Shown here: in pieces, positions 49,900 to 59,622 of the stretch
Numbering within the stretch: the first letter of the stretch is position 1
Layout of the letters: each line of letters starts with the position of its first letter
Assembly (NCBI GenBank): GCA_000999095.1
Contig: LCFP01000001.1
Location: 138,230 to 202,229 of the forward strand
Length of the DNA stretch: 64,000 nucleotides
Direction of reading: 5' to 3'
From: Candidatus Gottesmanbacteria bacterium GW2011_GWA2_43_14
GTDB lineage: Bacteria; Patescibacteriota; Microgenomatia; 2-02-FULL-39-11
The notes under the pieces: model-generated
What the model was told of the DNA's origin: nothing
Seen by the model: only the letters and a program-made list of their open reading frames with translations
Database searches by the model: none
Made by a program: the position numbers and the translations under genes

Positions 49900-51341
49900 G
49901 CGGAAGATATTAATCGCGGCAGGTATGGTTTAATTTCCCTTTTAAGCCAAATCCAACTTAAAGTCAGATAAATTGCGCCTGAAATTAACAATAAAACAGC
50001 CAGGCTATAAATGTCCTTCGCAAGAGGCAGAGTCGCCAGTGCAAATAGAGCGGAGGCGGCGGTCATTAAAAACGGTTTCAGAATATTGGGCAATATTTTG
50101 AAATTAACTTCTTTTTTAAGCATGGAAACCGGCAGGAAAACAGTTAAAGAAATGGCTACGGAGGCATATGCCCAACCGTTAAAACCGTAAATGCGTGTCA
50201 AAAACGGCACCATAATCCAGGTCATGCCTGTCCAGATAACCATCAGAAACAGTGTTTTTTTTATGCCTCCTAGGGCATTCAGGGCATTTACCAGAGGAGA
50301 GGAAAAAGCAGCCAGAACTGAAGAAGCGCTGAAAAAATAAAAAGCGGTCAGAGCCTCATTCCATTTGGCATACCGGGGGACGATAAACATCAGTGGCCGG
50401 ATGTAAATCGCCAAAAAAACCGAAGCGGGCAGGATAAACAAGGCCAAAAACAACACTGCTTTTTCCAGGGCTTTTTTTAAAAGAATTTTATCGTTCTGGA
50501 TACGGGAAAACGCCGGAAAAGTCACCCTGATAACCGAATCCATTATCAGTCTCAAAGGAGTTTCCGCCCATTTCTTTGCCCAACCCAGGTAACCGACATG
50601 GGCAAAAGGCAGGACTTTACCCAAATACAAAGTTAAGAGGTCGTCCTTGACCAAAGCCAGAAGACTGTTTGTCTGGAATGGCAGGCCGAAAGTGATCAGG
50701 CTTTTTACCGCCCTATAGGAAAAACCCAAGCCGGGCATCCATGGCGATACAAAATAGATACTGACCAAGCCGACCAGACCCCTGAGGACCGCAGCCCAGG
50801 CAAAACTGGCTACTCCCATCCCCAAATAAGCCAATATGACCGCAGTCAGGTAAAAGGCAAGAGTTTCCAGGATTTGAGGTATAACCAGCCTGGAAAATTC
50901 CAGCTTCCTTTCCAGAAGTATTGAAGGTATGGTTTTTAAGGAAGAAAGGAAAAATGAAATTAAGAGGGCATTCAGTAAAAAAATCCCTTCATGGGAAAGC
51001 CTGTAAAATAAACTGATATAAGGCACCAGAAAATAGGCTGCCGCCAGAAGAGTGATGACAATTGCCTGCTGCAGGGTAAAAACGGAAACCAATTCGACTC
51101 TGCCCGGTTCCTCTTTTTTCTGGATCAGAGCTGCAGCCAACCCGATATCTGAAAAATAAGTTAAAAAGGAAATGACTGCCGAAACCACAAAAAAAACCCC
51201 GAAAACAGCCGGGGACAACAGTATGGTTAAGATGAAGGTAGCGGTGAAAGTAATTATCTGCAGCAGCATCGTCCTGCCGGTCATGGCCATGACACCTCTG
51301 ACTATTTTGCCCTTGATCACTGCACTGCCTGCCGAATCCAT
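49896..51341 (-). CDS. wzx: Wzx-like oligosaccharide flippase (MOP/PST family polysaccharide biosynthesis protein). Probable start is the internal MAMTGRT.
   Basis: LLSPAVFGVFFVVSAVISFLTYFSDIGLAAALIQKKE matches the PST-family N-terminal signature. About 12 TM helices, about 460 aa. Confidence 0.65.
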   Translation of the reverse strand: MDSAGSAVIKGKIVRGVMAMTGRTMLLQIITFTATFILTILLSPAVFGVFFVVSAVISFLTYFSDIGLAAALIQKKEEPGRVELVSVFTLQQAIVITLLAAAYFLVPYISLFYRLSHEGIFLLNALLISFFLSSLKTIPSILLERKLEFSRLVIPQILETLAFYLTAVILAYLGMGVASFAWAAVLRGLVGLVSIYFVSPWMPGLGFSYRAVKSLITFGLPFQTNSLLALVKDDLLTLYLGKVLPFAHVGYLGWAKKWAETPLRLIMDSVIRVTFPAFSRIQNDKILLKKALEKAVLFLALFILPASVFLAIYIRPLMFIVPRYAKWNEALTAFYFFSASSVLAAFSSPLVNALNALGGIKKTLFLMVIWTGMTWIMVPFLTRIYGFNGWAYASVAISLTVFLPVSMLKKEVNFKILPNILKPFLMTAASALFALATLPLAKDIYSLAVLLLISGAIYLTLSWIWLKREIKPYLPRLISSA

Positions 51342-51381
51342 GTAGGTATTATATTACATAAGGGGAGCTTCTTTTCCGGGT

Positions 51382-52773
51382 TTATTCAGACAGGTAAAAT
51401 TTACCCAGGCCATGCAAAGAGTAGTCGGTGATAATATCGTTCCTGCTGAAAATATACTGTAAAGCGTCCTGGTCGTTTAAAGCTAATTTATATTCCGAAT
51501 AAGGTTTTACCGAAAAAATTACCTTCTCATCCGCACCGAACGATACCGATTTGGCTTTGTCAGTCAATATTTTAGAAATTCTCGCCCGCCTTGGAGCCCA
51601 GTGGATTTTACTGTTGAAGGCAACCAAAGCGCAGGCTGAAATAATGGAAGAGGCAACCACGGCAATTGTCATCACTTTCCTGATTAATAGCCTGCTCTGA
51701 AAATTTAAATAATTGTGGAATACTACCGTCAGCGACAACAGCAGCCCGGCCATGGGTATTATTAAATAGTAACTGAAGACATGCAGGGGGAAAAAAATAA
51801 CCGGGGCAAGTCCGATTAAAAACCAGCTCAGACCGAAGTAAAAAAACCGGATGGAAGTTGTGTTTTTATTTTTTAAAAGATGGACAAGCGGTAAAAAGTA
51901 AAACAGCAGAATGTTAACAGCTAAACTCAGGCAAAAAACAGCCACATACGGGGCAAATTCCCTGACGAAGCGGGGATTCAGAAGACCGAAACGGTAAAAC
52001 TGGCCCTGGATTTCTTCCGGCCAATTGTTGCTCCATAAAAAGTAATTCCGCAAAGAATAAGCGGTTTCGCGCGCCACTCCCAGGGAATAACTCTCAGTTA
52101 CGGGAGGCGGGAAGAATAAAAACCTGATGCCGACAAGTATGGCAACGGGGACAAAATACGGCAATAGGCGCCAATAACTGATTTTGTTGATAATAAATGA
52201 GTATGACAACAACATCAAAGGCAGTACCGCTGTCATTTCATTTGTGAACAGTCCCAGAATAAATGCCGTCAGCGACAAAAAATACCACACGGCCTTGCCT
52301 TCACTAAACCTCAGAAAAAAATAGAATGAGGAAAACAATAAAAGCGGCCCCAGGAAAAACGGCAGGGTGGAGCTCCAGTAGAAAACAGTATAATGAACCC
52401 CGGAAACCGCATAGAGAATGGCGGACAGACGGGCCGGAAAGACAGAGCCTCCCATTTTTTTTATAAGCAAATATATCATAACTGTATTGGCTGCGTGCAA
52501 AACGAAATTCAGCAACCTGAAAGGCAGCTGGTTCAGACCGAAAAATGACTGCAGAAGATAAAAAGGGATTTGCATGCCTAACGGTCTGTAATAGATGACA
52601 TCTCGTCTTGGGACAAAAAAAGCTGCAATTGCAGCAAGATCAGCTCCCCGGCTGATCTTCAGGGTAAACCAGTCGTCCTGGAAAAAATAGGACCCCAGTG
52701 ACTGGCGATAGATAACAAAGGAAATAAAAATTGCACCGGCCAACAGGATAAGTGACTTATAGTTGGATCTCAT
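51382..52773 (-). CDS. Polytopic membrane protein, candidate GT-C-like glycosyltransferase
   Basis: 463 aa, more than 10 helices. Acidic FFQDDWFTL motif right after TM1, the position of the DD/DE catalytic motif in GT-C enzymes. Confidence 0.4.
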   Translation of the reverse strand: MRSNYKSLILLAGAIFISFVIYRQSLGSYFFQDDWFTLKISRGADLAAIAAFFVPRRDVIYYRPLGMQIPFYLLQSFFGLNQLPFRLLNFVLHAANTVMIYLLIKKMGGSVFPARLSAILYAVSGVHYTVFYWSSTLPFFLGPLLLFSSFYFFLRFSEGKAVWYFLSLTAFILGLFTNEMTAVLPLMLLSYSFIINKISYWRLLPYFVPVAILVGIRFLFFPPPVTESYSLGVARETAYSLRNYFLWSNNWPEEIQGQFYRFGLLNPRFVREFAPYVAVFCLSLAVNILLFYFLPLVHLLKNKNTTSIRFFYFGLSWFLIGLAPVIFFPLHVFSYYLIIPMAGLLLSLTVVFHNYLNFQSRLLIRKVMTIAVVASSIISACALVAFNSKIHWAPRRARISKILTDKAKSVSFGADEKVIFSVKPYSEYKLALNDQDALQYIFSRNDIITDYSLHGLGKFYLSE

Positions 52774-52775
52774 GT

Positions 52776-53171
52776 CTATTTTTCAATTTCAGCTACAATT
52801 GTTTTGCCTCCCAAACCCCAGGAGTATCCGACAACCAGATACTCCACCTCTTTTTTACCGATCGCTTCCATCGTGTGAGGACTTTTTGCCGGTATCATGA
52901 CTGCATCCCCGGAACGGATAATTTCCGCCTCACCGTCGACCATAATCCTGGCCCGGCCCGAGGCAATTATAAATATTTCGATTAAATCTTCATGGTAATG
53001 CAGCCGGAATTTTTTGCCGGCCGGAATTCTCGCCCAATTGATCATTTGCGGCGACAAACCCTTGGGAAAATCCAGCTTTTCAAACAAGCGACGTCGGTAT
53101 GATCCCGGATTGTCTTCACTTTCATGGCTGGCCGGAACTTCCCTTATTTTGCTGCTTCTGATAATTATCAT
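52776..53171 (-). CDS. Cupin-2 domain protein
   Basis: HYHEDLIEIFIIASGRARIMVDGE ... GDAVMIPAKSPH, the two-His/Glu cupin motifs. Confidence 0.6.
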   Translation of the reverse strand: MIIIRSSKIREVPASHESEDNPGSYRRRLFEKLDFPKGLSPQMINWARIPAGKKFRLHYHEDLIEIFIIASGRARIMVDGEAEIIRSGDAVMIPAKSPHTMEAIGKKEVEYLVVGYSWGLGGKTIVAEIEK

Positions 53172-53212
53172 TCTTAATTCAGTGCCAAATAGTATAATGC
53201 AAAATACGGTTT
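53172..53212 (+). promoter_or_regulatory. Divergent intergenic region with a candidate -10 box upstream of tgt
   Basis: TATAAT at 53193..53198. Weak TTCTTA at 53171..53176 with 16-bp spacing. tgt ATG at 53213, so a very short leader. This is the only strand switch in the window. Confidence 0.3.
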
Positions 53213-54382
53213 ATGACCAAGCTTAAATTTTCAATCGAAGCCACCGACGGCACTGCCAGGACCGGCAGCATCCGTACTGAGCATGGCATAATTGCCACCC
53301 CGGCTTTTGTTCCGGTAGGCACGGCAGCTTCGGTTAAATCCCTGACCCCGGATGAAATCGAAAATACGGGTCACCGTGTCTTTTTCGTTAATACCTACCA
53401 CATGATCTTCCGTCCCGGCCTGGAAACCGTAAAACACGCCGGCGGGCTTCACAAGTTTATGAACTGGCCGCATGTATTGATGACTGATTCCGGCGGATTC
53501 CAGGCATTTTCCCTTTCTGAAAACGGCCCCCGGGTTAAAGAAAACAGGGCAACGGAAAGATCCCTTGTCAAAATTACTGACCAGGGCATTGCTTTTAAAT
53601 CCGCCTGGGACGGCAGTCCGGTATTTTTGGGGCCCGGGGAATCAATGGCAGCACAGGGAATACTGGGTGCTGATCTGGTCATGGCTTTTGATGAATGCAC
53701 TTTTTATCCCATCAGCGAAAAAAGGGCCGGCCTGGCAATGGACAGGACCCATGCCTGGGCAAAAGTTTGCCTGGAATCCAGAAATCTTCTTAAGTCCCGG
53801 CAGTCGCTCTATGGTATTATCCAGGGATCCGTTTACAAACGATTAAGGATCAATTCAGCAAAATTTATGGCTTCATTGCCTTTTGACGGTTTGGCTATTG
53901 GCAGCGTCGCCAACAGCCGGGAACCTAGGGATAAAGTCTTTGCCGTCCTTGACTGGACCATGCCTCTTCTAAGTGAAACTGCCAAGCCTATACATTTCCT
54001 GGGTATAGGGGAAATCGAAGACATAATCCTGTCGGTCGAAAAAGGCATTGATTCATTGGATTGCATTACACCTACCAGGCTGGGAAGGATGGGCTGGCTG
54101 TTTACAAAAGAAGCCGGACTTAAAAATAAATTCCGCTATGATATAACACACAGGCAGTATGCGCGTGACCTGCAACCGCCGGATCCTTTATGCAAGTGCT
54201 ATGCCTGTCTCAATTTCAACCGCAGCTATCTTCACCACCTTTTTAAAAGCCGCGAACTTCTAGCCCTTCGTCTGGCAACAATGCATAACCTCTATTTTTT
54301 CGCGGACTTGATGGGGAAAATCAGACAATCAATAAGGGAACGGCACTTTTCAACGCTTAAAAAAGAGTGGCTGAATTATTAA
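53213..54382 (+). CDS. tgt: Queuine tRNA-ribosyltransferase (tRNA-guanine transglycosylase)
   Basis: TPAFVPVGTAASVK, LMTDSGGFQ, FDECT, C-terminal Zn site CKCYACLNF...HHL. 389 aa. Confidence 0.85.
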   Translation: MTKLKFSIEATDGTARTGSIRTEHGIIATPAFVPVGTAASVKSLTPDEIENTGHRVFFVNTYHMIFRPGLETVKHAGGLHKFMNWPHVLMTDSGGFQAFSLSENGPRVKENRATERSLVKITDQGIAFKSAWDGSPVFLGPGESMAAQGILGADLVMAFDECTFYPISEKRAGLAMDRTHAWAKVCLESRNLLKSRQSLYGIIQGSVYKRLRINSAKFMASLPFDGLAIGSVANSREPRDKVFAVLDWTMPLLSETAKPIHFLGIGEIEDIILSVEKGIDSLDCITPTRLGRMGWLFTKEAGLKNKFRYDITHRQYARDLQPPDPLCKCYACLNFNRSYLHHLFKSRELLALRLATMHNLYFFADLMGKIRQSIRERHFSTLKKEWLNY

Positions 54383-55090
54383 CCGGAAGTAAAGCCTTAA
54401 ATACAATTCAAGATAGCTTCTGGTCATTTTATAAAGTTTAAAATTGGAAACACCTTTGACCCGGTTGGTGTAAACGGTCGGCACTTCTCCCAGCTTAAAA
54501 CCCGCCAGATAAGCTTTGATGGCAAACTCCGGCGAAATGCTGAAACCCGGTTCCTCAAGTATGATTTTTCCCATTATATTTTTTTTGAATCCCCTGAAGG
54601 CATTTGTTATGTCATGGACCGGTACCCGGAAAAAGATTCTGGCCAGTTTGGTTCCGGAAGAAGATAAATAAGCTTTTAGGGGATCGAGATTCCCGCGGCT
54701 GCCTCCGGGCATATATCGTGATCCGAAAACCAAATCATAACCCCGGCTGATTTTTTTAATGATTTCCGCATATGTTTCCGGATCATCGGCCATATCGCCC
54801 ATTGTCCAGATAATAACCTCTCCGCGAGCTTTATCTGTGCCTGCCAGCAAGGCCAAACCCATGGTATTACCGTTCTCCATATTGTCTTTTTTGCGGAATA
54901 TAGGCCTGATATGCTTATTTGCCATAGACATGTCTCTGAGGATGGCGGCTGTGCGGTCGCTGCTTCGGTCATCAACCGGGATAATCTCAAAATTTAATTT
55001 CCGGCTATTGGCAAAAGTTAAAACATTTTCCAGCATCTGCCGGCAATTTTTTTCTTCGTTGTGGAAAGGGATGATAAAGGAAACGGTCAT
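54350..55090 (-). CDS. GT2 polyprenyl-phosphate sugar synthase (DPM1/GtrB-like)
   Basis: VSFIIPFHNEEKN, IIPVDDRSSDRT, VFGSRYMPGG, DITNAFRGF, SISPEF, GEVPTVYTNRVKGVSNF. 3' end overlaps tgt convergently by 33 nt. Confidence 0.7.
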   Translation of the reverse strand: MTVSFIIPFHNEEKNCRQMLENVLTFANSRKLNFEIIPVDDRSSDRTAAILRDMSMANKHIRPIFRKKDNMENGNTMGLALLAGTDKARGEVIIWTMGDMADDPETYAEIIKKISRGYDLVFGSRYMPGGSRGNLDPLKAYLSSSGTKLARIFFRVPVHDITNAFRGFKKNIMGKIILEEPGFSISPEFAIKAYLAGFKLGEVPTVYTNRVKGVSNFKLYKMTRSYLELYLRLYFRLIIQPLFFKR

Positions 55091-56208
55091 CTTAAACCAT
55101 GCTCTTCCAATTCATACATTGCCTTTTCTACTAGGTCGACTGCTTTTTCATTCTTTCCCCATTCTATGACTTCCGCCAAACCCTGCTCCAGGGATATCTT
55201 CGGCGACCAGCCCAATAGCCTGTTTATTTTGCCCGTATCGGCAAAACAGTGCCTGACATCCAGTTTCCTGACTTTGCCGCTTATTTCCGGTTTTAAATCT
55301 GCCCGGAAAAGTCTGATCAAAATTTCCGCGACTTCCAATATAGTCGTCGGGCGGCCGCTGCCGACATTAAAAACCTGGTAATCGGCTGCGCTTATTTCAA
55401 GAGAGCTTCGGCAGGCTGCTACCACATCCCGGATATGGATAAAATCCCGGGTTTGTCCGCCGTCTTCGTTTATGAGAGGCGCCTTGCCGTTTTTAATCCG
55501 GCTTATGAAAATGGCAGCCACGCCGTTGTACGGATTGGACAGGCTTTGCCTTGGACCATAGACATTGAAAAAACGCAAAGCAACTGCCGGTATGTTGTAG
55601 GCGGCGCCTATATTGAGCACCATTTCCTCTTGATTTTTTTTGCTGATGGCATAAATGGAATTTGAATTCTGTTTGGCTTCCTCGTCCGTGGCGACGGGTT
55701 TAACCGGTTTACGGCATTTCGGACAAAAATTCCGGAAATCCTTTTTTTTCAATTGCTCTTCGCTTCTCAAGGGAGGCCTGACCTGACCGCAGTCATGGCA
55801 ATGGTAACTGCCTTCCCCGTAGGAACTCATGGAAGCAGCCACCAGCATTTTTTTAACCGTATGTTTTCCGTTGGCCAATATATCCAGCAGAATGGCGGTG
55901 CCGGTTGAGTTGACATGCACATAACGCTCTATTTCATACATGCTCTGCCCGACCCCGACAGCCGAGGCGAAATGGACGACTGCCTCAACACCGGCAAGGG
56001 CTTTTAGCCAATCGGCCCGCCTGACAACATCGCCCCGCATAAATTCCGCTTTCGGATTAAAATAGTCCGGCAGGCGGCCGGAAGGATGGATCTGTTTATC
56101 GAGACTGTCCAAAACCCTTACCTCGTATCCGCCGGAAATAAGGCCGTCTACCAGGTGGGAACCGATAAATCCGGCACCTCCCGTAACCAGTATTTTTTTA
56201 AATTTCAT
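55087..56208 (-). CDS. NAD-dependent epimerase/dehydratase (extended SDR) with an inserted 4-Cys zinc-ribbon. Start placed at the internal MKFKKILV.
   Basis: ILVTGGAGFIGSHL, ASMSSYG then CHDCG-x21-CPKCR insertion before YAISK (YxxxK). The ORF-track N-terminal extension (MAARRPES...) overlaps the upstream gene and is rejected. The ATG at 56208 gives an ATGA overlap with the upstream stop. Confidence 0.65.
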   Translation of the reverse strand: MKFKKILVTGGAGFIGSHLVDGLISGGYEVRVLDSLDKQIHPSGRLPDYFNPKAEFMRGDVVRRADWLKALAGVEAVVHFASAVGVGQSMYEIERYVHVNSTGTAILLDILANGKHTVKKMLVAASMSSYGEGSYHCHDCGQVRPPLRSEEQLKKKDFRNFCPKCRKPVKPVATDEEAKQNSNSIYAISKKNQEEMVLNIGAAYNIPAVALRFFNVYGPRQSLSNPYNGVAAIFISRIKNGKAPLINEDGGQTRDFIHIRDVVAACRSSLEISAADYQVFNVGSGRPTTILEVAEILIRLFRADLKPEISGKVRKLDVRHCFADTGKINRLLGWSPKISLEQGLAEVIEWGKNEKAVDLVEKAMYELEEHGLR

Positions 56209-57224
56209 ATAAATATATCTTTGTTGTTCTTTACCCAGCGGTAAAGTTTCCCTACCCCTTCCTCTACGCTTACCTCCGGTTTCCAGCCTAAAGTTTTTTC
56301 TGCCTTGCGGATATCGCTGATATATACTTTCTGGTCGCCGGGCCGCCAATTGTCGTATTTGACTTTGATTTTTTTACCGTATAGATCTTCCAGCATGGGA
56401 CCGAATTTGCTCCAGACAGACAGAAGATTTTTCGATCCTCCGCCGACATTAAAAACTTTCCCGCGTGCCCTATCTATCTTCCTGACTGTCGTTTCAAACA
56501 GTCTAACCAGATCTGTTATATATAAAATATCCCTTACCTGTTTTCCGTCACCGTAAATGGTTATCGGCTTTCCGAGAAGGACGGCTATAATGAACCAGGC
56601 AACCCAGCCCTGGTCTTCAACACCGAACTGGCGGGGGCCGTAAATGCAGGATTGGCGGAAGACTACCGTTGGTAAATCATAGATGCGGGAATAGTCATGC
56701 ATATACTGGTCGGCCGCACCTTTGGAACACCCGTAGGGGGAATGGAAATCCAGATTGAATTCTTCGGAGATGCCATTGGGATAATCTGCATACAGATAAC
56801 CGTCTTTTTTTTCGATTATTTTTAAGTTTTCCATCCCGCCGTACACTTTATTTGTCGAGGCATAAATGATAATCGGTTTGATTTTATTTTTTCTGACCGC
56901 TTCCAGTAAATTGAAAGTTCCGGCCATATTTATGTCAAAATCAGTCCGGGGATCTTCAACAGAGGTCGTTACCGCCACCTGCCCTGCCAAATGGAAAATA
57001 ATATCCCTGCCCCGGACGGCTTTATTCAATATTTCCGGCTGCCTGATATCACCGTTGATGAATTCCACCGATCCCGTCCCTTTCAGCCAGTCCAAATTTA
57101 CCCGGCTGCCCTGCCTTGAAAGGTTATCCAATACAGCTACCCGGTATTTTTTTTTGAGGAAGTAAGCTGCCAGATTAGAACCGATAAAACCGGCACCGCC
57201 GGTGATTAATAGTCTGTTATTCAT
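56205..57224 (-). CDS. NAD-dependent sugar epimerase, CDP-paratose/tyvelose 2-epimerase-like extended SDR
   Basis: LLITGGAGFIGSNL, YASTNKVYG, SPYGCSKGAADQY, EDQGWVAWFIIA (DQGWVAHF-like motif of the CDP-tyvelose epimerase clade). Confidence 0.6.
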   Translation of the reverse strand: MNNRLLITGGAGFIGSNLAAYFLKKKYRVAVLDNLSRQGSRVNLDWLKGTGSVEFINGDIRQPEILNKAVRGRDIIFHLAGQVAVTTSVEDPRTDFDINMAGTFNLLEAVRKNKIKPIIIYASTNKVYGGMENLKIIEKKDGYLYADYPNGISEEFNLDFHSPYGCSKGAADQYMHDYSRIYDLPTVVFRQSCIYGPRQFGVEDQGWVAWFIIAVLLGKPITIYGDGKQVRDILYITDLVRLFETTVRKIDRARGKVFNVGGGSKNLLSVWSKFGPMLEDLYGKKIKVKYDNWRPGDQKVYISDIRKAEKTLGWKPEVSVEEGVGKLYRWVKNNKDIFI

Positions 57225-57958
57225 TTTGCTCTCAGTTTAAGCCACGGCTTCTGCCAAAAAAGCCTCCACAGTCCCTCCAAATCTCCATAGACAGTCCGTA
57301 GCACCCTGACTGTCGAACCCGGATTATCCGTCCAGATCACAGGAATCTGTTTTACGCGGTAACCCATTTTTTCCCCTACAATCAAAAGCTCACTGTCGAA
57401 AAACCAGGCATTATCTTCAAGATGCGGTATCAGGTTGTCTGCCAGTTTCCTGGTTATCCCCTTGAATCCGCATTGGGCGTCGGAAAAACCGACACCGAAA
57501 AAAATCCTGATCAGAATATTGTAAACCCTGGAGAGGATTTCCCTTTTTATTGTCCTGCCGACGACTTTTGATTCCGGCAGCAGCCTGGAACCAATCGCTA
57601 TATCATAGCCGTTCTCCAAGGAGGACACAAGAGTATTTAAGGCCGATAAATCAGTGGACAAATCAACATCCATATAGCATAAAATGGCAGCCCGGCTTTT
57701 TAACCAGGCCTTTTTTACCGCCCGGCCTCTTCCCTTTTTATCCAGATGCAGGACTCCAACATTATCCAGTTCCCGGCTTAATTTTTCGGCAATTGTTAAA
57801 CTCCTGTCTGTTGAAGCGTTGTCGGCAATGGTAATATGCCAATCGCGACCTTGCAGGTGCACTTTAAGGAAACGGCAGAGGCGATTAACGGAATCTGTCA
57901 GCTCTTCTTCCTCATTAAAAATAGGAATGACTATTTCGAGATCGGTTTTTTTAGCCAT
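57221..57958 (-). CDS. GT2 polyprenyl-phosphate sugar synthase (DPM1-like)
   Basis: EIVIPIFNEEEEL, ITIADNASTDRS, GRGRAVKKAW, IGSRL, SDAQCGFKG, FFDSEL, QIPVIWTD. Confidence 0.7.
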   Translation of the reverse strand: MAKKTDLEIVIPIFNEEEELTDSVNRLCRFLKVHLQGRDWHITIADNASTDRSLTIAEKLSRELDNVGVLHLDKKGRGRAVKKAWLKSRAAILCYMDVDLSTDLSALNTLVSSLENGYDIAIGSRLLPESKVVGRTIKREILSRVYNILIRIFFGVGFSDAQCGFKGITRKLADNLIPHLEDNAWFFDSELLIVGEKMGYRVKQIPVIWTDNPGSTVRVLRTVYGDLEGLWRLFWQKPWLKLRAK

Positions 57959-59622
57959 AATTTAGTTGAATATCCGGATGATAAATATAGTAGCAAACAC
58001 AGAGATAAAAAGGAAACGCTATTTGACACCTTTCTGACCGGAGTGTCCTTAAGTCTGAATTCGATGAGTTTTTTGCCTGACGGCACTTCAAATGACAATT
58101 TGCCCTCTATTTTGGCGGCCGGCACTTTATTACTATCGACCGAAACATTCCAACCCGGAAAAAAGGGTAGACTTGTTACCAGCCGGCCTCCTGCACCTTC
58201 CACCATATATATTTTATGTTCAGCCGTATCCTTGACTGATACTGCCTGTTGGCCGACAAGACCGCTGAATGGCGTGCGGTAAACTTCCTCTGCAGAAGAA
58301 GGCCTGGGAAAATCTTCCGGTAAATATTCATCGGATATTAAAGATGAGTTAAACCGCAAATTTTCAGTGTTGAGAAATTCATCCGCTTCGGGGTAGTACA
58401 GCGTTTGCGGCAGGAAATATTTAGGATAAAATATCAGACTGGCGGAAATTATGACCGCCGATAAAAATAAACTGTAATGCTTTGAAGTAAACCTGAACAG
58501 GCCGGTTACCAGAATTACCGAAAAAAGCAGGATGAAATTCAAAAAACGCCAGGGATATTGGATAAAAGTAAAACCGGGTATCATCCGGTAGACGGACGCG
58601 GACATCTCCAGGGTCATCAAAACACATATAATCAAAAAAACAAGGCTGATTAAATAAAAAAACTTGAGGCTGTTTTTCATTTTTTTACTTATGTAAACGC
58701 CTGTCAGGAGAATGATTGAGGCCAGCGTTAATAATATGTGCCATTTACCAATTTTAAATGACATGCCGTCGGCAAGACCCGGCCCTGACCCGGCAAAACC
58801 CCAGGCAGAATCCCATAATTGTCCGGGGGTTACAAAATGCTGCTCAAAATTACTCCCCTCAGTCTTAAGTTTGTCTACAGAAGTATAAGCCTGTTCCGCA
58901 AAAGCGGGAAAGATAAAAAAAGCCGATAAACCAACACCCAAAACAACCATCATTAAATATTTTTTTAAATCATGTTTCGAAAAATACATAATCGGCAGTA
59001 AAAGAAGGGACACTGCCGAAATGATTAGCCCGCTGATATTATGACTTAAAAAAATCCCCGCCAGCCCGACACTGCCCAGAAGAAATCCCCGTCTCTTTTT
59101 TGCGGCCTGTTCTGCCATACACCAATAGATGCCCAGAAAAAAGAGGGGCAGGAAGGCATAGGCATAGTATTCACCGACAGCCCCCCTGACATAGATATTG
59201 ACGGCATGATAAGGAGCATACAGGTAAAGAATAGCGGCTGCTATTCCGGCCACCCTTCCTGACAGAGACGCCGCCAAAAAATACATCAAAAGGGGCGCCA
59301 ACAATGCCCCGGCAAGATACATCAAATTAGTAGCAGTAAACAGGTCAAACCCCGACAAGTAAAATAATGCTCCCGTATAGTAAGGCAACGGAGCATAAAA
59401 ATTGAACAACGGATAACCGTAACCATAACCTAAATTTCCGACCATACGGACCGGAAACTGGCCTGACTTTAATTGCTCCGCCATCTCAAAAACACGAGCC
59501 TGCTGTGTTTTGTCATGGACCGGAAAAACAGCACTGCCGGTCAGGTGGCTGACAGCAGGATAAGAAAATAACAAAAGCAACAGAATGACCGGCAGGTGTT
59601 TCCTAATTAATGGAATCATCAT
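57931..59622 (-). CDS. Polytopic membrane protein, PTPS-related-domain/YfhO-like putative GT-C (paralog B). Start at the internal MMIPLIRK.
   Basis: VFPVHDKTQQARVFEMAEQLKSGQFPVRMVGNLGYGYGYPLFNFYAPLPYY, then about 12 TM helices and a C-terminal domain. The ORF-track start at 59688 overlaps the upstream gene. Confidence 0.5.
   Translation of the reverse strand: MMIPLIRKHLPVILLLLLFSYPAVSHLTGSAVFPVHDKTQQARVFEMAEQLKSGQFPVRMVGNLGYGYGYPLFNFYAPLPYYTGALFYLSGFDLFTATNLMYLAGALLAPLLMYFLAASLSGRVAGIAAAILYLYAPYHAVNIYVRGAVGEYYAYAFLPLFFLGIYWCMAEQAAKKRRGFLLGSVGLAGIFLSHNISGLIISAVSLLLLPIMYFSKHDLKKYLMMVVLGVGLSAFFIFPAFAEQAYTSVDKLKTEGSNFEQHFVTPGQLWDSAWGFAGSGPGLADGMSFKIGKWHILLTLASIILLTGVYISKKMKNSLKFFYLISLVFLIICVLMTLEMSASVYRMIPGFTFIQYPWRFLNFILLFSVILVTGLFRFTSKHYSLFLSAVIISASLIFYPKYFLPQTLYYPEADEFLNTENLRFNSSLISDEYLPEDFPRPSSAEEVYRTPFSGLVGQQAVSVKDTAEHKIYMVEGAGGRLVTSLPFFPGWNVSVDSNKVPAAKIEGKLSFEVPSGKKLIEFRLKDTPVRKVSNSVSFLSLCLLLYLSSGYSTKLWLKKPISK

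Noticed and set aside
56209-56349. N-terminal extension (MAARRPESIYQRYPQGRKNF...) of the Zn-ribbon SDR in the ORF track
   Set aside because: It overlaps the last 47 codons of the upstream epimerase gene. The Rossmann motif starts right after the internal Met at 56208, which forms an ATGA overlap with the upstream stop.
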